DNA of 64,000 nucleotides from Macrostomum lignano (taxonomy: Eukaryota). Positions 60,801-64,000 of this stretch are shown in pieces. The notes under the pieces are model-generated. The model did no database searches, was not told the origin of the DNA, and worked only from the letters and a program-made list of their open reading frames with translations. The stretch lies in assembly GCA_002269645.1 (NCBI GenBank), contig NIVC01001364.1, positions 186,001 through 250,000 on the forward strand, read 5' to 3'. Every line of letters begins with the position of its first letter. The stretch's first letter is position 1. Made by a program: the position numbers and the translations under genes.

Positions 60801-63619
60801 TGCTGCAAAGGTGGCTGCTGCTGCTGCTGCCTCGACGACCGTTGCGGCTGCTGCAGGGCTCGGTGATTCGGGTAGCTGCGATTCGAAGCAATGGAGCCAT
60901 CGGAGCTCGATTGAGATCGGCGAGCGATGTCATAGTCCAGCACGAATATCTCGGGGCAGTAGGCCTGTTGTGCACGATTCAATTTTCGTATTTGCAGTCT
61001 ACTCCGATTCGGGAAAATAGTGTTTTACGCTAGTAATAATATTAATAATAATAATTGATTACACCTGCCCTAATGGCCAGATGTGCAACCGACAGCTCAG
61101 CCGCAGCTATTGCGCGGCGCATCTGAAGGCTGCGTACGGCTGTTCAGTCCAAGGACTGGGGGGTCGCCACACACATCCTCAATTACCCCAGCTTATTCTT
61201 GCACCCATTTTACAGCTGGGTGAACTGAAGCAATGCAGAGTTAAGTGTCTTGCTTAATGACAAAAATTGTTCTAGTGGGATCGGGAATCGAACCCCCGAC
61301 CATCAAGTCGTGAGTCCGACGCTCTAACCACTAGGCTACAACCCCTCCACTAGGCTACAACCCCTCCACTAGGCTACAACCCCTCCACTAGGCTACAACC
61401 CCTCCACTAGGCTACAACCCCTCCACTAGGCTACAACCCCTCCACTAGGCTACAACCCCTCCACTAGGCTACAACCCCTCCACTAGGCTACAACCCCTCC
61501 ACTAGGCTACAACCCCTCCACTAGGCTACAACCCATAGCCTTCTACCCAGATTTAATGGTGCAAGAGGTCAGAACATGTTAATAGCTACACTGCTCAATA
61601 AGTCTTCAGAAAACTCTGCTTGATACAATTACTAGAGTTATGCCAAACTACTCTCTAGCTACACAGATCTGGCAGACGGCTTACGTGAGGCGGCAGAAAG
61701 TGCTTCACTTTTAGCTCCTTTTCCTGTCGGCTGCGAACCTGAAATTTCCGGTACGACAACGCCAATAGCTTAAATTGCTCGATTATGTTTTGCTGAAGTT
61801 ATAAAAAACCAACACAACAAGCACTAACTTGAGTCAAGCAGCGACCGACGCTTTTGCAGAAGACAAAGTTTCTGGGAACAATCTCGTAGCCAAGCTGGCG
61901 CTCGATGTCGCTGCGGACCTGCTGCAGCAGGGACTCGGGGAAGACGCTGAAATCATTGTGTGCCCAGAGTACTGGCTAATCCTTTTTTATCACACCTGCC
62001 TAATTTGGGCCAGATGTGCAACCGACAGCTTAGCCGCAGCTATTGCGCGGCGCATCTGAATGCTGCGTACGGCTGTTCAGTCCAAGGACTGGGGGTGGGG
62101 GGATCGCCACACACACCGTCAATGACAATTACCCCAGCTAATGCTGGCACCCATTTTACAACTGGGTGAACTGAAGCAATGCAGAGAGTTAAGTGTCTTG
62201 CTCAAAGACACAAATTGTTACTGGGTGGTCGAGAATCGAACCCCCGACCTTCAAGTGGTGAGTCTACTCAGATCACTATTGGTTCATACGGACATTTCCA
62301 ACAGTAGTTGCCTCCGTTCTAGCGCAGTTGCACCATCCCGACCCCATTAGCTTCGCCTCCAATAGAAATTCCGGCTTCAGTTCACTGGATGAAGGAAGCC
62401 AGTCAATCAACCGCATAAAAATTGTCAAACCATCCATATTCGCAGGAGGGCTGCGGCCAACCTGGCGCAACGCGATGTGTGACGTCATTCACAACAAGCA
62501 CTGAGGCAATTCTTAGTCTGACCATTCCGCTGGCTCCTGAGCACGTACAAGTGCAAGCGCGCCAATACTGTACGCAGGCACGCACTCATACACTCGCTCA
62601 CACAGGGTGTACAGCGGCCCCTGACTTTCTAATCATCAAGAATGTACACTCTCTGTGCTTCGAGGATTGGCCCTCATGGCTGTGAATCGCACGACAACCC
62701 CCGGCCAATTTTCAAGCACAAACCCCAAATGAATGTGGCGGAATCGAACGAGGTGCTTAGAGCTGTTTTGCCCCATCAGTCAGCCTTACCGAATGAATCC
62801 GGCAGACACGGTCTCGCCGATGATCTGGTTGAACGCGCTGTGCAGCCGCTCCTGCCACAGTGCTGGCGGGACAACGTAGACATGCAAGTCGACCATCTGG
62901 TTAGGTTGGGATTTTAGCAAATCATTTGAATTAGCCAATTAGAAGTAAAAAAGCAATTTTTGTTTTTTGTTTTCTAAAATATCCTTGAAATTATATTATC
63001 AGTGAAAGTGTCACCTTGATCAATTGCTGTTTTCCAACTATAAATAATTTAAATATGAAGGTAATACAATCTCTCAAACAACTATATCACCAGAAAAGTT
63101 AAAACTTGCATTAAATGTTTAATAAATTAAAGTCAAAAGTGGGAATACTAATTCATCCATTTATTATTAATTATAAAATAAAAATAAAAGTAACTTTTAC
63201 AATAATAAAATAAAACAGATTTTAAAAGCTTATGTTCTCCAACCGAGGCCATAAACAGGGTACCCATATAAAAATTTCTACTAAAATAGTTTTGTGTACT
63301 GAAAAAAGTGCAAGAAATACAAAAAATTTTAATTACGAGTTTACGACCTACAGTCAAGCATACAAAAATCTGCATAATGATTTATCTTCTGTAGTACATG
63401 TACATATACGTATACTCGCACGTATATTCCAACTAATGTTTGTAAAAACAATGAGAATTCAAGCATACTAAATAGTTAACTACAGACTACAGTCTACACT
63501 ACAGTGCACTACACGTGAAAGATGCAAAAAATAATTAAGAAGCGCAGGCTGGTAACCTTTTTAAATTACAAATTTACCTGCTCGGATGGCGGTCTATTAG
63601 GATGGCTCTCATAATCCAT
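42851..63619 (-). CDS. SPATA1: SPATA1-like protein (spermatogenesis-associated 1) with ER-rich helical insert, 16 exons, ~811 aa
   Basis: Exons (gene order) 63619-63578, 62896-62790, 61946-61829, 61738-61685, 60964-60775, 60110-59994, 58231-58168, 56766-56092, 55917-55849, 52662-52315, 50697-50628, 49725-49659, 47404-47279, 45271-45096, 44627-44529, 42964-42851 join in frame (2436 nt). N-term MVDLHVYVVP...SAGFIRVFPE...FVFCKSVG...QEKELKVKHFLPP.AYCPEIFVL and C-term ARDMWKKRYFEEKK...KMKLTAEVK.R.QA..ELRAMKAEL recall the vertebrate SPATA1 N- and C-terminal domains (recognised from memory, not searched). Confidence 0.85.
43021..44446 (+). repeat. Local tandem duplication (~655 and ~770 bp units), each holding a 15-16-bp GAGGGTGTGACTTTTT minisatellite
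   Basis: Units 43021-43676 and 43677-44446 share near-identical unique flanks but differ in minisatellite copy number. Confidence 0.9.
44719..44866 (+). mobile_element. Dispersed element family B copy
   Basis: GCACCCTGGCGCAACGCC...CCCATTCCGC.GACTCCTGAGCAC...CCTGACTTTCTAATCGTCAGGCATGTACACT. Confidence 0.75.
45386..46766 (+). repeat. 38-bp C-rich minisatellite in SPATA1-like intron
   Basis: Unit CCCTACAGACCCCAACCCAGCCACACCTCACTTCCTAC. Confidence 0.96.
47485..47669 (+). mobile_element. Dispersed element family B copy
   Basis: Same start (GCACCCCTGTCGCAACGCC) and 3' hairpin/TGTGCACT end. Confidence 0.75.
48712..49015 (+). repeat. Degenerate CT-rich low-complexity tract
   Basis: Direct reading. 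Confidence 0.85.
49040..49652 (+). repeat. 41-bp minisatellite containing CCCTAA, abutting a splice donor
   Basis: Unit CCTAAACCCTAACCACAACCGTAGCTTCTGCCGACACCAAT, ~15 copies, ending ~6 bp from the donor at 49658. Confidence 0.95.
50315..50472 (+). repeat. 14-bp purine-rich minisatellite (GAGGGAGAGGGGTA)
   Basis: Direct reading. Confidence 0.92.
51676..52160 (+). repeat. 14-bp minisatellite (GATCTACTCTGCCC)
   Basis: Direct reading. Confidence 0.93.
53388..54715 (+). repeat. 20-bp minisatellite (GACAAAGACCAGGATCTCTA)
   Basis: About 66 copies with patterned variants. Confidence 0.96.
55476..55640 (+). repeat. 30-bp minisatellite with alternating G/C variants
   Basis: ATCAACCCCTCAG(G/C)TGCTTCAGTGGGTAAC x~5.5. 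Confidence 0.92.
56980..57245 (+). repeat. 40-bp minisatellite containing the palindrome TCAATGTACATTGA
   Basis: About 6-7 copies. Confidence 0.92.
58713..59627 (+). mobile_element. Internally deleted PIF/Harbinger DNA transposon (915 bp)
   Basis: TIRs GGGCCCGTGCTATCGA / (rc) GGGCCCATGCTATAGA; identical CAG 3-mers flank both ends (58710-12, 59628-30; CWG TSD). Subterminal TGCTATAGA and CTCCTA repeats. Remnant ORF 59079-59393 (RRPRQFKQSINFFEEY...FRLN) resembles a Harbinger transposase N-terminus. Confidence 0.85.
61032..61346 (-). mobile_element. tRNA-derived SINE copy 5
   Basis: Full head with A/B boxes, core, body and (ATT)n tail on the minus strand. Confidence 0.9.
61328..61535 (-). repeat. 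19-bp tandem derived from the SINE 5' terminus (GGGGTTGTAGCCTAGTGGA) x~11
   Basis: The unit equals the first 18 nt of the adjacent SINE copy plus one base. Confidence 0.93.
61991..62255 (-). mobile_element. tRNA-derived SINE copy 6, 5'-truncated
   Basis: Body and B box present; A-box head missing. Confidence 0.85.
62461..62650 (+). mobile_element. Dispersed element family B copy
   Basis: CCTGGCGCAACGC...CCATTCCGCTGGCTCCTGAGCAC...CAGGGTGTACAGCGGCCCCTGACTTTCTAATC...TGTACACT. Confidence 0.75.
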
Positions 63620-64000
63620 GACTGTGTTACTTGCGGTTCAGTGCTTTACTGCTTCATTTCACTATTTTAAGTTTTGTAACAAGGTGGTAAGACTAAATTG
63701 GGACTAGCTTAGCGAAAAGGGGCGACTGATAACATGTTGAATTGTTCGCGACTCTAAATTAAGCTCGTAGTTATCTCTTTTATAGTAAGATCTTAGTAGA
63801 CAAAAACAGTTTTTTTAAAGTTTATTTTACAATTTTTACAAGTTTTAAAAGTATTATTACGATATTATAAACAGAGATCATTGCTTGTTTGTTAGTTCAA
63901 GGATTGAAAAAAAATCCGTAAAATATAAAATAAAAAGCGACTTTGTGTTTTAAAATTTTGGAATTGAAAAGTATCTTTATCATTAGATAAATACTTCTTC

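Overview
Intron-rich, repeat-saturated animal genomic DNA with GC-rich exons and AT-rich, minisatellite-filled introns. The style resembles a free-living flatworm such as Macrostomum, but the species cannot be established from this window. Three protein genes can be rebuilt by hand from splice signals and frame continuity. (1) 1-16538 (+): the 3' part of a Crypton-type tyrosine-recombinase (YR) gene (zinc fingers, YR domain, Myb-like tail). It is preceded by a 13.5-kb tandem array whose ~1.23-2.0-kb unit is a frame-preserving (phase 0-0) 387-nt exon plus an intron containing 7-16 copies of an 83/85-bp minisatellite. The array could add >=10 near-identical 129-aa modules to the recombinase N-terminus, and it shows a ~4026-bp higher-order trimer. 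(2) 18000-41717 (+): a complete 23-exon TRPN/NompC mechanosensitive channel (~1772 aa, ~29 ankyrin repeats). (3) 63619-42851 (-): a 16-exon SPATA1-like gene (~811 aa) with a long ER-rich single-alpha-helix insert and one apparent GC-AG intron. The window also holds six copies of a tRNA-derived SINE, a second unnamed dispersed element, an internally deleted PIF/Harbinger element with TIRs and a CAG TSD, and about 20 different micro/minisatellites. Two of those satellites grew from the termini of dispersed elements. Most long ORFs in the supplied track are artefacts of stop-free tandem repeats. Repeat coordinates are approximate to a few tens of bp; exon coordinates were counted by hand.
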